Positions 17,065 through 26,070 of a stretch of 64,000 nt of DNA are shown here, piece by piece. The stretch spans positions 81,296 to 145,295 of the forward strand of contig CAVVFV010000003.1 of the NCBI GenBank assembly GCA_963747695.1, in the 5' to 3' direction. The translations under genes and the position numbers were made by a program. The notes beneath the pieces were generated by a model. It saw only the letters and a list, made by a program, of their open reading frames with translations, ran no database searches and was not told where the DNA came from. The first letter of the stretch is position 1, and the number at the start of each line of letters is the position of its first letter. This DNA comes from Candidatus Falkowbacteria bacterium. Lineage in GTDB: Bacteria > Patescibacteriota > Patescibacteriia > Patescibacteriales > WJLG01.

Positions 17065-17132
17065 CCGGACCGGGTCGGTCGGGAGCATGGTGAGAGGCAA
17101 AAATTTGCTCCCCGCTCGTCGAGTCGTTCCGG
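17065..17132 (+). repeat. GC-rich hairpin block in the 5' region of the 17199 gene; possible partial member of the tRNA-linked module family
   Basis: GGGAGCA pairs with TGCTCCC. CGCTCGTCGAGTCGTTCC resembles CGCTCGTC...TCGTTCC at 37679-37708. Confidence 0.3.
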
Positions 17133-17198
17133 TTGATTGAATTATACCGGCCTTTGTACTATAATACCCCTATAATTGTTTTAAAAAATATCTGCATT

Positions 17199-18605
17199 AT
17201 GAAAAGAACGACCAATATCGCCATCTGGCTGATTTCCTTAACTATTATTTTCGGCGTGGCCAAGATTTCGTTCGCCCAGGATATCAACCCCGACTTTGAT
17301 CCGAACTATATCATCAGCGACGCGGAAATTTTTAATTATAATTCGATGGATGCCACGGACATCCAGAATTTTCTGCAGGCCAAGGGCAGCTATCTGTCCG
17401 CTTACACCGTGACCAATCCGACTGGCGTTTGTGAAACCGCCGCTCAAGCCATCTATGAAGTCTGTCAGGCCAACAAGATCAGCCCGCGTTTCGTCCTGGT
17501 GCTCTTGCAAAAAGAACAAGGCTTGATTGAAGATCCCAATCCGTCCCCGGCGAGCCTAGATTGGGCCACCGGCTATGGCTGTCCTGACGGCGGCGGCTGC
17601 AATCCGCGCTGGCAAGGTTTTTGGAAACAGATCAACAGCGCGACGCTCCAATTCTACGATTATATGGTAAATCCGCTCGAATATGCTTATCGGGCCGGTG
17701 CCACTTATACCTTTCAAAATTCCTGTTCGGCTTACAACAATCCCCCTTCCTCGATGATCACGCCTTACAATCTGGCTACGGCTGCTTTATACAATTACAC
17801 GCCGCACGTTTTTAACGGCAATTATAATTTTTACATCCTCTGGCAAAAATATTTCGCCCGCAACTACCCGGACGGGTCGCTACTCCAGATCAAGGACCAA
17901 AAAACAGTCTGGCTGATCCAGGATGGCAAGAAACGGCCCTTCGCCTCGATGAGCGTTTTGGCCTCGAGATTCGACACCAATCAGATCATTACGGTCGAAA
18001 AAGCCGATCTGGATAAATTCGGCACCAGCACGCCGATCAAATTCGCTAATTATTCATTGGTCCGCTCCCCGCACGGCACGGTTTATCTTTTGGTCGATGA
18101 CGAAAAGCGAGGTTTCACCTCCAAGGCCGTCTTTAAAAAATTCGGCTATAACCCGGCGGAAGTTGTCGCCGCGGGCTGGACTGATCTCGATTCTTATCCT
18201 GAAGGCGCGCCGCTATCCGCCACCTCCACTTATCCAACCGGCGCTTTATTGCAGGACGTAAAGACCGGCGGCGTCTATTGGGTCTATGACGGCAAAAAGG
18301 CCGCTATCGGGGATCGTGGCCTGCTCGCGTCGAGCAAATTCAAGAACAAAAAAATCATCAAATCCAACGCGGCGGAATTGGCGCAATACCCAACCACCGA
18401 CCCGATACTTTTTGGCGATGGCACGCTTTTGAGTTCACCATCCTCGCCGGCCATTTATCTCATTTATGAAGGCAAAAAAAGGCCGTTTATGTCCTCGGAT
18501 CTGCTCGCGAAACTTGGCTACAAACTTTCCAATGTCATCAAAGTCTCGCCGCAATTCCTGGCCAATTATGACAACGGCGAGGTGATAAAAGAAAACAACT
18601 TCTAA
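17199..18605 (+). CDS. Secreted protein with four C-terminal repeats of about 55 aa; hypothetical, possibly cell-wall associated
   Basis: Signal peptide MKRTTNIAIWLISLTIIFGVAKISFAQD. The repeats are WLIQDGKKRPFASMSVLASRF, YLLVDDEKRGFTSKAVFKKFGY, YWVYDGKKAAIGDRGLL and YLIYEGKKRPFMSSDLLAKLGY. Confidence 0.6.
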   Translation: MKRTTNIAIWLISLTIIFGVAKISFAQDINPDFDPNYIISDAEIFNYNSMDATDIQNFLQAKGSYLSAYTVTNPTGVCETAAQAIYEVCQANKISPRFVLVLLQKEQGLIEDPNPSPASLDWATGYGCPDGGGCNPRWQGFWKQINSATLQFYDYMVNPLEYAYRAGATYTFQNSCSAYNNPPSSMITPYNLATAALYNYTPHVFNGNYNFYILWQKYFARNYPDGSLLQIKDQKTVWLIQDGKKRPFASMSVLASRFDTNQIITVEKADLDKFGTSTPIKFANYSLVRSPHGTVYLLVDDEKRGFTSKAVFKKFGYNPAEVVAAGWTDLDSYPEGAPLSATSTYPTGALLQDVKTGGVYWVYDGKKAAIGDRGLLASSKFKNKKIIKSNAAELAQYPTTDPILFGDGTLLSSPSSPAIYLIYEGKKRPFMSSDLLAKLGYKLSNVIKVSPQFLANYDNGEVIKENNF

Positions 18606-18725
18606 AATGATACGAATACTGCGAATTATTCGCTAATACTACAAACTCCACGAAACGAATTTAAAATTCGTTAAAATGTTCGCGGTATTCGCGAAAAATT
18701 TGTAGTATTCGCATCATATTATTTT

Positions 18726-19523
18726 ATGTCGCTCAAACTCGCCGCTATCATTCCCCATCCGCCAATATTAATCCCTTCCATCGGCAAGGAAAATATTTTG
18801 CGTCTGGAAAAAACCAAGAACTCCTACAGCAAAATCGAGGAAGCGCTGATAACGGAAAAAATCGAGACGATCGTCATCATCTCTTCTCACGGACCGATCA
18901 GACAGGATGTCTGGAGCATCGATTTGGCGCCCGAGTATGAGATAAATTTTGAGGAATTCGGCGACTTTTCCACCAAGCTCAAACTGGACGGCGATCTGGA
19001 ACTGGCGCAAAACATCCGGGAAAGTCTGATCGAAAATGATAACGTCCAGGCAATCTCCGCCCCGATCCTTGACCACGGCTGCGGCGTGCCGCTTTACTCA
19101 CTACTTCTCAATCAAAAAAATATCGAAATCGTCCCGATCTATATTTCCGGAGCGAATCTTACCGAGCATTTTAATTTAGGCAAAATGATTGCGGCGAAGA
19201 TCAAGAAGGGCCGGAAAAAAATCGCCGTTTTGGCTTCCGGCGACCTGGCGCATACTTTGGAAAAGAAATCGCCGGGCGGATTTTCTTCCCGCGCCGCCAA
19301 GTTCGACCAAAAAATTATTGAATTGCTGCAAAACAAGGCGGCGGATGAATTCCTCGCGCTCGACGAGAATCTGATCGCCGAAGTCAAGCCGTGCGGACTT
19401 AGGGCGATCGCCCTGCTTTGGGGAATCCTCGGCAACGGCGGTTATGATATCGATTCGACCGCCTATGAATCCCCTTTCGGCGTCGGCTATCTGTCAATGA
19501 TTCTAAAACCTATCACAAACTAA
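18726..19523 (+). CDS. Class III extradiol dioxygenase / LigB-Memo superfamily protein
   Basis: 265 aa. N-terminal AAIIPHPPILIP and VIISSHGP resemble LigB-type catalytic subunits. Assigned by eye. Confidence 0.5.
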   Translation: MSLKLAAIIPHPPILIPSIGKENILRLEKTKNSYSKIEEALITEKIETIVIISSHGPIRQDVWSIDLAPEYEINFEEFGDFSTKLKLDGDLELAQNIRESLIENDNVQAISAPILDHGCGVPLYSLLLNQKNIEIVPIYISGANLTEHFNLGKMIAAKIKKGRKKIAVLASGDLAHTLEKKSPGGFSSRAAKFDQKIIELLQNKAADEFLALDENLIAEVKPCGLRAIALLWGILGNGGYDIDSTAYESPFGVGYLSMILKPITN

Positions 19524-19548
19524 AAACCGCCATCCGGCGGCTTTTTTA
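19522..19548. terminator. Terminator hairpin
   Basis: AAAACCGCC-ATCC-GGCGGCTTTTTT. Confidence 0.7.
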
Positions 19549-19578
19549 AATCAATTGGATCTTTTTTTACTTTCAACT

Positions 19579-19878
19579 TTATAACTTTTTACTTCTTTTC
19601 CCTTCTTCGCTGACAACTTTAAGGAAATATTTCCATTGCTCGCCGCTCTTACATAATTCCTTGGTGTCATTCAGGCATCTTTCCACGAATTCGACCGGAT
19701 AATCGCGGCAGATCTTGAAGATCGAAGCGCGCTTGAAATTCGGCACGCCTAATTCCGCCACTACCCGCAAAGCTAAATCCTGCCACGGATAAGCCGGCGG
19801 TTTTTTAACTTGGCGCCCCTTTTTCTGGATGAATATCGACCCCAGACTCTCAAATTCACCCTTTGGTACGTTTTCCAT
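19579..19878 (-). CDS. Hypothetical protein, 99 aa
   Basis: Clean ORF with no recognised motif. Confidence 0.45.
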   Translation of the reverse strand: MENVPKGEFESLGSIFIQKKGRQVKKPPAYPWQDLALRVVAELGVPNFKRASIFKICRDYPVEFVERCLNDTKELCKSGEQWKYFLKVVSEEGKRSKKL

Positions 19879-19973
19879 AATATTTGCCTTTTAGTTCATA
19901 TAATACTATAATATTTCAATAAAGATTGCAACAAAATTTTTACTTTTTACTTATTACTTTTTACTTTTTTGCG

Positions 19974-20501
19974 ATGGCTAAAGTTTTACAAATATTAACC
20001 CTGCCTGATGAAATACTGCGGAAAAAATCCGCAGTGATCGGCGAAGATCGGATTACCGCCAAGGAATTCGAAGAGCTTTGCGATGATCTGGGCGAAACGA
20101 TGATCAAAAAAGAGGGGGTGGGGTTGGCCGCGCCGCAAATCGGCCGGAATGTCCGACTGATCGTGGTTAATACCAAGAACGGCCCGGTTTTTTTATTCAA
20201 TCCCAAAATCATCAAAAAATCCTGGATCAGAGAATGGGATGAAGAGGGCTGCCTGTCCGTGCCGCTCGTCTTCGGCGATGTCCGGCGCCATAAAAAAATA
20301 ACCTGCGTCTTTTGCAACCGGCAGGGAAAAAATAGTAAAATTAAAGCTGCCGGATTCCTGGCCCGGGTTATCCAGCACGAGATCGATCACTTAGACGGCA
20401 TCTTATTCGTCGATAAGGCCAAGAATTTACACAAAATCGACGAGGCTGACGAAGAATCAGAAGTAATCCCGCCAAAGACGGGACAAGGAAGCAAAAAGTA
20501 A
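19974..20501 (+). CDS. def: Peptide deformylase
   Basis: GVGLAAPQIG, EGCLS and HEIDHLDG motifs. The start is set at MAKVLQILTLPDEILR. Confidence 0.92.
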   Translation: MAKVLQILTLPDEILRKKSAVIGEDRITAKEFEELCDDLGETMIKKEGVGLAAPQIGRNVRLIVVNTKNGPVFLFNPKIIKKSWIREWDEEGCLSVPLVFGDVRRHKKITCVFCNRQGKNSKIKAAGFLARVIQHEIDHLDGILFVDKAKNLHKIDEADEESEVIPPKTGQGSKK

Positions 20502-20519
20502 AAACAGCTCCCCTTCTTT

Positions 20520-21152
20520 TCAAGGAGGGGTTTGGGGGTGGTTATTTTTTTTTACCTGATAGATCCAATAAAATATTCCGGCTAAGACAGCCAGGATGAT
20601 AAGAACTTCGACAATCATTTTAAAATTTTCCGCGATCAATTCGATCTGCGTGCCCAGATAATATCCGCCGAGCGCCAAAACCGAAACCCAGATGGCCGAA
20701 CCCAGAAAAGTATAAAAGACGAACTTGCCGAAATTCATCTTGGAAAATCCGGCCGGAATCGAAATCAAGTGGCGCACTACGGGCAAGAGGCGGCCGAAAA
20801 AAACCGAAACCGATCCGTATCTTAAGAAAAATTTCTCAGCTTTTTCCACCTTTTCCGGAGTTATCCGCAAAAATTTGGCAATGGCGTGGTCAGCCAGGAT
20901 CAAAATCACCGCCCGGCCCAAGATCCAGGAAAGCCAGTAGCAGACTATCGCGCCGAGCAAACTGCCGATGACTCCGGCAATGATCACTAAAGATAAATTC
21001 ATTTCCCCGCGGGCCGCCAAAATTCCCGCCGGCGGAATCACCAGCTCGGACGGCACTGGAATCACCGAACTTTCCATCGCCATTAAAAAAAATATCCCCT
21101 GATAACCGAGGTGGCCGAAAATCTGCAATAAATTATCGATAAAATTCATCAT
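20520..21152 (-). CDS. DedA/SNARE-associated (VTT domain) membrane protein
   Basis: GYQGIFFLMAMESSVIPVPSELVIPPAG and FGRLLPVVRHLISIPAG blocks, multi-TM. Confidence 0.8.
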   Translation of the reverse strand: MMNFIDNLLQIFGHLGYQGIFFLMAMESSVIPVPSELVIPPAGILAARGEMNLSLVIIAGVIGSLLGAIVCYWLSWILGRAVILILADHAIAKFLRITPEKVEKAEKFFLRYGSVSVFFGRLLPVVRHLISIPAGFSKMNFGKFVFYTFLGSAIWVSVLALGGYYLGTQIELIAENFKMIVEVLIILAVLAGIFYWIYQVKKNNHPQTPP

Positions 21153-21312
21153 ATAATTAATTATAGAGACAATCTCGACAAGTGGCAATCGCCACTTTTG
21201 TCATCCTGAGCGCCGCGCGAGGGATCTATTTCGAAAAGTTTCGATATTCAACAAAAAATCCTATTAAAGTAATTCGCGTTCTACCGAATTGATTCCTCGC
21301 CAGATGCTCGGA

Positions 21313-22281
21313 ATGGCAAACAATAATATGAAAAATAAATTAAAAATAATCTTTGTTGGTACGCCGGATTTTGCCGTCCCGACTTTAAAAGCGCTGATTG
21401 CCGACGCTGATTTTGAGATTGCCGCGGTTATCACTCAGGAGGATAAGCCGGTGGGCCGCAAACAAACGCTGACTCCCCCGTCCGTCAAAATAATCGCTCT
21501 GAAAAATAATATTATAGTTTGGCAGCCGGCAAAGATCAAGGATATTAAAAATGAAATTGCGGCGCTAAAACCCGATTTTATCGTGGTGATCGCTTACGGC
21601 CAGATCATCCCCCAATCAATCTTAGATATTCCCAAGTATGGCTGCATTAACATCCATGCCTCGCTCTTGCCCCGCTGGCGCGGCGCGGCGGTGATCCAAG
21701 CGCCAATCTTAGCCGGCGACACCGAAACCGGCGTGACGATTATGAAAATGGATAAAGGCTTGGACACCGGGCCGATCATCGCCCAGATGAAAGTCAATAT
21801 CCTGAAGAATGAAACAGCCGAAACATTGCATGACGAACTGGCTAAATTGGGTGCTCAAATGCTGCCGGAAACTCTAAAGGCTTTTGCTCGCGGCGAGATG
21901 GAAATCAAACCGCAGGATGAAAAACTTGTTACTTACGCTCGTGAACTGAAAAAAGAAGACGGCCGTATCAATTGGGCTAAACCGGCAATAGAGATTGAAC
22001 GGATGGTGCGCGCTTATACTCCCTGGCCGGGAACTTATACGGAATTAAAAGATAAAAAAGAAAAAAGAAAAAATATAAAGATTTTAGAAGTTGTGAATAA
22101 TGATTTGCCGATTAATAAATTTAAAACTGGAGAAATATTTTTGGATAATGGAAAAATTGCGGTGCAGTGCGGCGACGGCGCATTAGTGATAAAAAGGTTA
22201 CAGTTGGAAGGTGGAAAACCATTAACCGCTGACGAATTTCTGCGCGGCCATGCCGATTTCATCGGCTCGATCATCAAATAA
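21313..22281 (+). CDS. fmt: Methionyl-tRNA formyltransferase
   Basis: IIFVGTPDFAVPTL and NIHASLLPRWRGAAVIQ. The start could be 21313 or 21328. Confidence 0.92.
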   Translation: MANNNMKNKLKIIFVGTPDFAVPTLKALIADADFEIAAVITQEDKPVGRKQTLTPPSVKIIALKNNIIVWQPAKIKDIKNEIAALKPDFIVVIAYGQIIPQSILDIPKYGCINIHASLLPRWRGAAVIQAPILAGDTETGVTIMKMDKGLDTGPIIAQMKVNILKNETAETLHDELAKLGAQMLPETLKAFARGEMEIKPQDEKLVTYARELKKEDGRINWAKPAIEIERMVRAYTPWPGTYTELKDKKEKRKNIKILEVVNNDLPINKFKTGEIFLDNGKIAVQCGDGALVIKRLQLEGGKPLTADEFLRGHADFIGSIIK

Positions 22282-22331
22282 AAAAAGGCACCCACTAAAG
22301 ATGCCTTTGTCGACGAATCGACGATTCTTTT

Positions 22332-22571
22332 CTACATACCAGCCGCTCTCATGTTCTTGAAAAAACTTCTGATATTTTTCGGACGCCAGGCAAAAAAGAT
22401 GCCTGTAGGGCGAAAAGAGCTAAAATAAAGAGCGATGACCAAAACCACGATCGGCCAGGTTTCAATGCTGGCGATGAAAAAATGCGCTACATAAATGACT
22501 GCCAGCGGAATGGCGACATCGCTTGCCATGCACAAGAACTGAATTACATATTTCATCCATCTCATCTTCAC
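22332..22571 (-). CDS. Hypothetical small membrane protein, 79 aa
   Basis: ORF with two hydrophobic segments. Confidence 0.4.
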   Translation of the reverse strand: MKMRWMKYVIQFLCMASDVAIPLAVIYVAHFFIASIETWPIVVLVIALYFSSFRPTGIFFAWRPKNIRSFFKNMRAAGM

Positions 22572-22758
22572 CTCCTCGGTTGAAATTTACTATATTTTAT
22601 AATACCGAGGAAAAAAAGTAAACAATTACGGGATTGACTGATTGATATATTTAGTTTATACTATTTACAAATCCAATTCGGATTTTATTTTATTTTTTCA
22701 GCCAGAGGCTGATCCGCCTTGGGCGGAAATTCTTAATTCTTAATTTGTAATTGATTTA

Positions 22759-22830
22759 GGTCCCTTCGTCTAACGGTTAGGACATCAGGTTCTCATCCTG
22801 AAAATAGGGGTTCGATTCCCCTAGGGACTA
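22759..22830 (+). tRNA. tRNA-Glu(CTC)
   Basis: Hand fold: acceptor GGTCCCT/AGGGACT, anticodon arm TCAGG-TTCTCAT-CCTGA, T arm AGGGG-TTCGATT-CCCCT. Confidence 0.9.
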
Positions 22831-22836
22831 CTAATT

Positions 22837-22865
22837 TAAAAACTCGGCCTTTCGCCGAGTTTTTA
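22837..22865 (+). terminator. Terminator after tRNA-Glu
   Basis: AAAAACTCGGC-CTTTC-GCCGAGTTTTT. Confidence 0.75.
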
Positions 22866-22870
22866 AATTA

Positions 22871-23034
22871 GTCATCTTCTATATTGGGAGTCGAACTGGT
22901 TGCGCGCGAGATATGAGCGCCGACGGAAGGAGGCGCGAATAATCGAGCGACGCTGACCATTCGGGGAATGGTCAGCGGGCAACCCCGGACAAGAGAGGCC
23001 GCCGCTTTTCCGGCGGCGGCCGAACACGACGACA
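22871..23034 (-). repeat. GC-rich hairpin module (copy E3) between tRNA-Glu and a duplicate of its 3' end
   Basis: Hairpins at 22952-22976 and 22998-23020. The reverse complement reads GCCGCCGGAAAAGCGGCGGCCTCTCTTGTCCGGGGT, versus GCCGCCGGAATGCGGCTCGCTCCCTTGTCCAGGGT at 37755-37789. A T-loop-like GGAGTCGAAC sits at 22888-22897. Confidence 0.65.
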
Positions 23035-23048
23035 CCCCTAGGGACTAC
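23035..23048 (+). repeat. Direct repeat of the tRNA-Glu 3' end
   Basis: CCCCTAGGGACTAC is identical to 22818-22831. Confidence 0.8.
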
Positions 23049-23056
23049 GGATAAAT

Positions 23057-23088
23057 AAAAATACTGACTTAATATGGTCAGTATTTTT
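23057..23088 (+). terminator. Second terminator, after the duplicated tRNA-Glu end
   Basis: ATACTGAC pairs with GTCAGTAT, followed by a T-run. Confidence 0.6.
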
Positions 23089-23114
23089 ATTTATATAAAC
23101 TTATTCTTAATACA

Positions 23115-23921
23115 CTATTCTGTAAACACAAAAGAATTGGCAATGCCTGAATCAAAACAATTGTCATGAGGATAATCGGGTGGGTAAAGACCGATCTGAC
23201 ATTCCTGACCAGTGTTCCAAAAAGCAATCTCTTTTTTTGACGGACTATATTTTAGGTAATAACTATAAAGCGCCGCACGACATTGCGACGAAATCATGTC
23301 TCCGCCATCACCTATTATATTAACATTGTAAGTCGTGGAAGAAGTAGAAACTTTAGATAATGAATATTTACAGGTCTTACCATATTCTTGCTGAATAAAA
23401 GATGCAAGTTCTTTTTCGCTACTAACCTTTTTTATTTCAATCCTCCACGTTACATTATTATAATCAGCGTCATATTGTGATTTTTCCAAATCTGAAGAAT
23501 AACCATCTGGCCTTAGAAGAAAAAGGTTGTTTTGTTGACCAACTTTATAGTTTAAAAAAACCTGATTATTTGTTGATGATGCTGGCACGCCAGAATTATA
23601 ACCACCCCAGTTGGCCTTTTCCGGATACCTGAAAGAAAAGCCATATTCAATATTTTTGTAATCAAGCCATTTAACAGTAGAAGTGGTAATTTTCCCAACG
23701 GCTATATCGTTGAGGATTAAATCCTCTGGCGAAGTTGTTGCGGAAATAGCGCTGGTCGACGTGGAAACCGTGGTCGTGGACTGAGTGGAAATTACGGCCG
23801 CCAAAATTCCTTTTTTTTCAGAATAAACAACCTTTAATTGTTCATATTTAACAAAAAGAATCATGCCAATTATTACGACGACCACGGAACAAAGACTTAA
23901 TAAAATTGCTTTTTTTCTCAT
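23115..23921 (-). CDS. Hypothetical membrane-anchored or secreted protein
   Basis: The start is probably MRKKAILLSLCSVVVVIIGMILF. It has a Ser/Thr-rich linker and is visibly AT-richer than its neighbours. Confidence 0.5.
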   Translation of the reverse strand: MRKKAILLSLCSVVVVIIGMILFVKYEQLKVVYSEKKGILAAVISTQSTTTVSTSTSAISATTSPEDLILNDIAVGKITTSTVKWLDYKNIEYGFSFRYPEKANWGGYNSGVPASSTNNQVFLNYKVGQQNNLFLLRPDGYSSDLEKSQYDADYNNVTWRIEIKKVSSEKELASFIQQEYGKTCKYSLSKVSTSSTTYNVNIIGDGGDMISSQCRAALYSYYLKYSPSKKEIAFWNTGQECQIGLYPPDYPHDNCFDSGIANSFVFTE

Positions 23922-23997
23922 AATATGTAAATTATTTAAATTTAAAGAATTGGAATGGCGCTTATTAATAAGCGCCATTCCAAACAATTGACTGCTA

Positions 23998-24663
23998 TCA
24001 TTGAATCTGATAAACCGAAAATCCTAATTGTGGCAATGCTTGTGTCGCGGTGGCATGGGATTTGAAGGCTGCATATGTTATTTTATGAACCCTCACCGTA
24101 TTATCATAATTATAATTGCAATCAATCCATGTCATAGTATCTTTCACATCGCCAAAACCATACATTATATCGCTGACAAGGATTGCAGTATGCGGGCCAG
24201 GCACGCCGGCAGCATTAGTCCACCAAATTTGCAGAATATTTCCAGGCAACATATACGGCATTGTTCCCGAGTTCCAGCTGTATTTTTTTACGACTTGATT
24301 GTTAAAGCAATCCGCGCTCAGCCATGAATGATAGTCGGGATTGCCTCCATTCGAACAAGTATTAGCGCCGATCGTAATCCCGCTAGCCGGCAAAACAACA
24401 TATGATTGCACCCACTGTTTGCATTGTAAATTAATTGACGAGTAATTATTGCCAACCATGGTTTGCGCGACAGTAAGAATCTTCGCATTTTTTTGCGTTT
24501 GCGACAAGGCATTCCAAACTTGTAAAGTTGGTGTTATTGTGCAAGTGGTAGCGACTGACGCGAGCGGCTGAACAGACTGTTCCTTGCTGCTATTCACGGG
24601 ATTATTACTGCATCCCAAAATAGCAGCCGACAAAACAAGAACAAGGCAAAGATACTTTTTCAT
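23998..24663 (-). CDS. Lipoprotein with a possible CHAP/NlpC-P60-like Cys-His peptidase core
   Basis: Lipobox LSAAILGC. QCKQWVQSYV and PGPHTAILVSD resemble the CHAP Cys and His blocks. Weak call made by eye. Confidence 0.4.
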   Translation of the reverse strand: MKKYLCLVLVLSAAILGCSNNPVNSSKEQSVQPLASVATTCTITPTLQVWNALSQTQKNAKILTVAQTMVGNNYSSINLQCKQWVQSYVVLPASGITIGANTCSNGGNPDYHSWLSADCFNNQVVKKYSWNSGTMPYMLPGNILQIWWTNAAGVPGPHTAILVSDIMYGFGDVKDTMTWIDCNYNYDNTVRVHKITYAAFKSHATATQALPQLGFSVYQIQ

Positions 24664-24902
24664 AACCAGCCCTTCTGTTGTTGAATTGATGGTTCATTGA
24701 TTTGATAACAGTAACTAATTTTGAAAAGGACGATCGCAAAAGAACCGATGTTAACTGGAATTTATCTTCACTCCAACCCCCTTGTTAAGATTATACGGTT
24801 TATTGACGACTATTAATAGAGTAGCAAAAAAAAAATGATTTACGTCAAATTTTTTAATAATTTAGGCCTAAAATTTTGCGGCAGCCAATGTCTTCATTTC
24901 TG

Positions 24903-24957
24903 AATATCCGGGCAAGAGTGAAGCGGGATTCCGCCGCCGCGCGGAAATCGCTGCTTG
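24903..24957 (+). repeat. Partial copy (E4) of the GC-rich module core plus hairpin
   Basis: ATCCGGGCAAGAGTG followed by a GC hairpin containing ATTCCG. Compare CCCCGGACAAGAGAG plus hairpin at 22983-23020, and the reverse complement of 37755-37789. Confidence 0.4.
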
Positions 24958-25023
24958 ACCTTTTACGAAAAATTTAGTAATTTTAGATGAAGTGTTCTTT
25001 TCCAAACCAAAGGGGTGCCAATT

Positions 25024-26070
25024 ATGCCGAAAATAAATGAAATACATCCAGCGGGTTTGTTTTCCACGATCAACCTCACTTATGGTTGTAATTTATGCTG
25101 CTCCTGGTGCTATGTTCCGCCGATCAGAAACGCCGAAGTTATGGACCGCGACACGTTAGGCGATATCCTAAGTCTGCTCAAAGAGTTAAAAGTTCATCGC
25201 GTGATCCTTTCCGGCGGCGAACCAACCAAACGTGCGGAAGATTTCCTCGCTGCTGTCAAACAGTGTCGGAGTTTCGGAATGAGAGTATTTGCTAATACTA
25301 ACGGTTTGGCCTTTGCCGATCGGAATTTTTTGGCTGAAGCGTTGAACAGCGGCCTGTCCACAATCCATCTCTCCTTAAAGGGGGTGAATCAGATTGACTT
25401 CCGTAACAACACCGGCTTCAATCTGTTCGACCGGCAAAAAACAGCCGTAAAAAATATCTTATCCTCAAACCGTTGCTCGCTGTTTGCCAACCTCACTTTG
25501 AATCGCTATTTCATCAAAGGCTTTGGCGAAGCGATCGAAATGGTCAATCGCTGGGGCATCAAAAGCCTGACGATCGGCGTCGCTTTGCCGGCCGAAACGG
25601 AATTCGGCGCGGCTGACGATCAAATACCTGCCCCAAAAGAGGTGGCTGACTTTGTCGAGCATCGCTTAGGAGCAATTTCCTTCGGCGATCTCGATTACAC
25701 TTTCCGTTTCACCTTGCCTTTATGTCTTTTTGACCGGAGCAAAATCGGCCAACTGCTGTCAAGAAGCGCTTTCGTGACGAATTGTTTTTTACGCGAGGGA
25801 ACTGACTTGGTGTTTGATCCGCAGGGAGGACTTATTCCCTGCAACCATCTCTCGCGGCAGGCGCTCGGCTACATTGGCCGAGATTTTTCCACCGCCGCGG
25901 AATATCACGCATTTTTAAGTCGCGATGATATTGCCGCCCGGTTAAATCATCTCCGAGCCGGTCCTGACGAAGATTGCCGATCATGCGAATGGGTCAATCG
26001 TTGCTGCCGAAGTTGTCCGGCCTTGACCTCGCAATTGGCGCATAATTCCGATATTCATCCCGAAAAATAA
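25024..26070 (+). CDS. Radical SAM enzyme with a C-terminal SPASM domain
   Basis: CNLCCSWC gives CX3CX2C. SGGEPT is present. C-terminal CFLREGTDLVFDPQGGLIPC (G-x4-C) and CRSCEWVNRCCRSC (CX2CX5CX3C) are present. An SD sequence, AAAGGGG, sits before the ATG at 25024. Confidence 0.8.
   Translation: MPKINEIHPAGLFSTINLTYGCNLCCSWCYVPPIRNAEVMDRDTLGDILSLLKELKVHRVILSGGEPTKRAEDFLAAVKQCRSFGMRVFANTNGLAFADRNFLAEALNSGLSTIHLSLKGVNQIDFRNNTGFNLFDRQKTAVKNILSSNRCSLFANLTLNRYFIKGFGEAIEMVNRWGIKSLTIGVALPAETEFGAADDQIPAPKEVADFVEHRLGAISFGDLDYTFRFTLPLCLFDRSKIGQLLSRSAFVTNCFLREGTDLVFDPQGGLIPCNHLSRQALGYIGRDFSTAAEYHAFLSRDDIAARLNHLRAGPDEDCRSCEWVNRCCRSCPALTSQLAHNSDIHPEK

Noticed and set aside
16695-18715. ATGATGCGAAT at 16695-16705 and ATTCGCATCAT at 18705-18715 might be the terminal inverted repeats of a 2-kb mobile element.
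   Set aside because: Each end is part of its own local palindrome made of the same GCGAAT words. There is no transposase inside, only one secreted-protein gene plus the DnaA-box spacer, and no target-site duplication was seen.
24835-24903. A 22-codon two-Cys ORF (MIYVKFFNNLGLKFCGSQCLHF) and other mini-ORFs upstream of the radical SAM/SPASM gene might be annotated precursor peptides.
   Set aside because: They have no ribosome-binding site and no convincing promoter, and conservation cannot be assessed here. They are kept only as a hypothesis inside the finding and are not listed as features.
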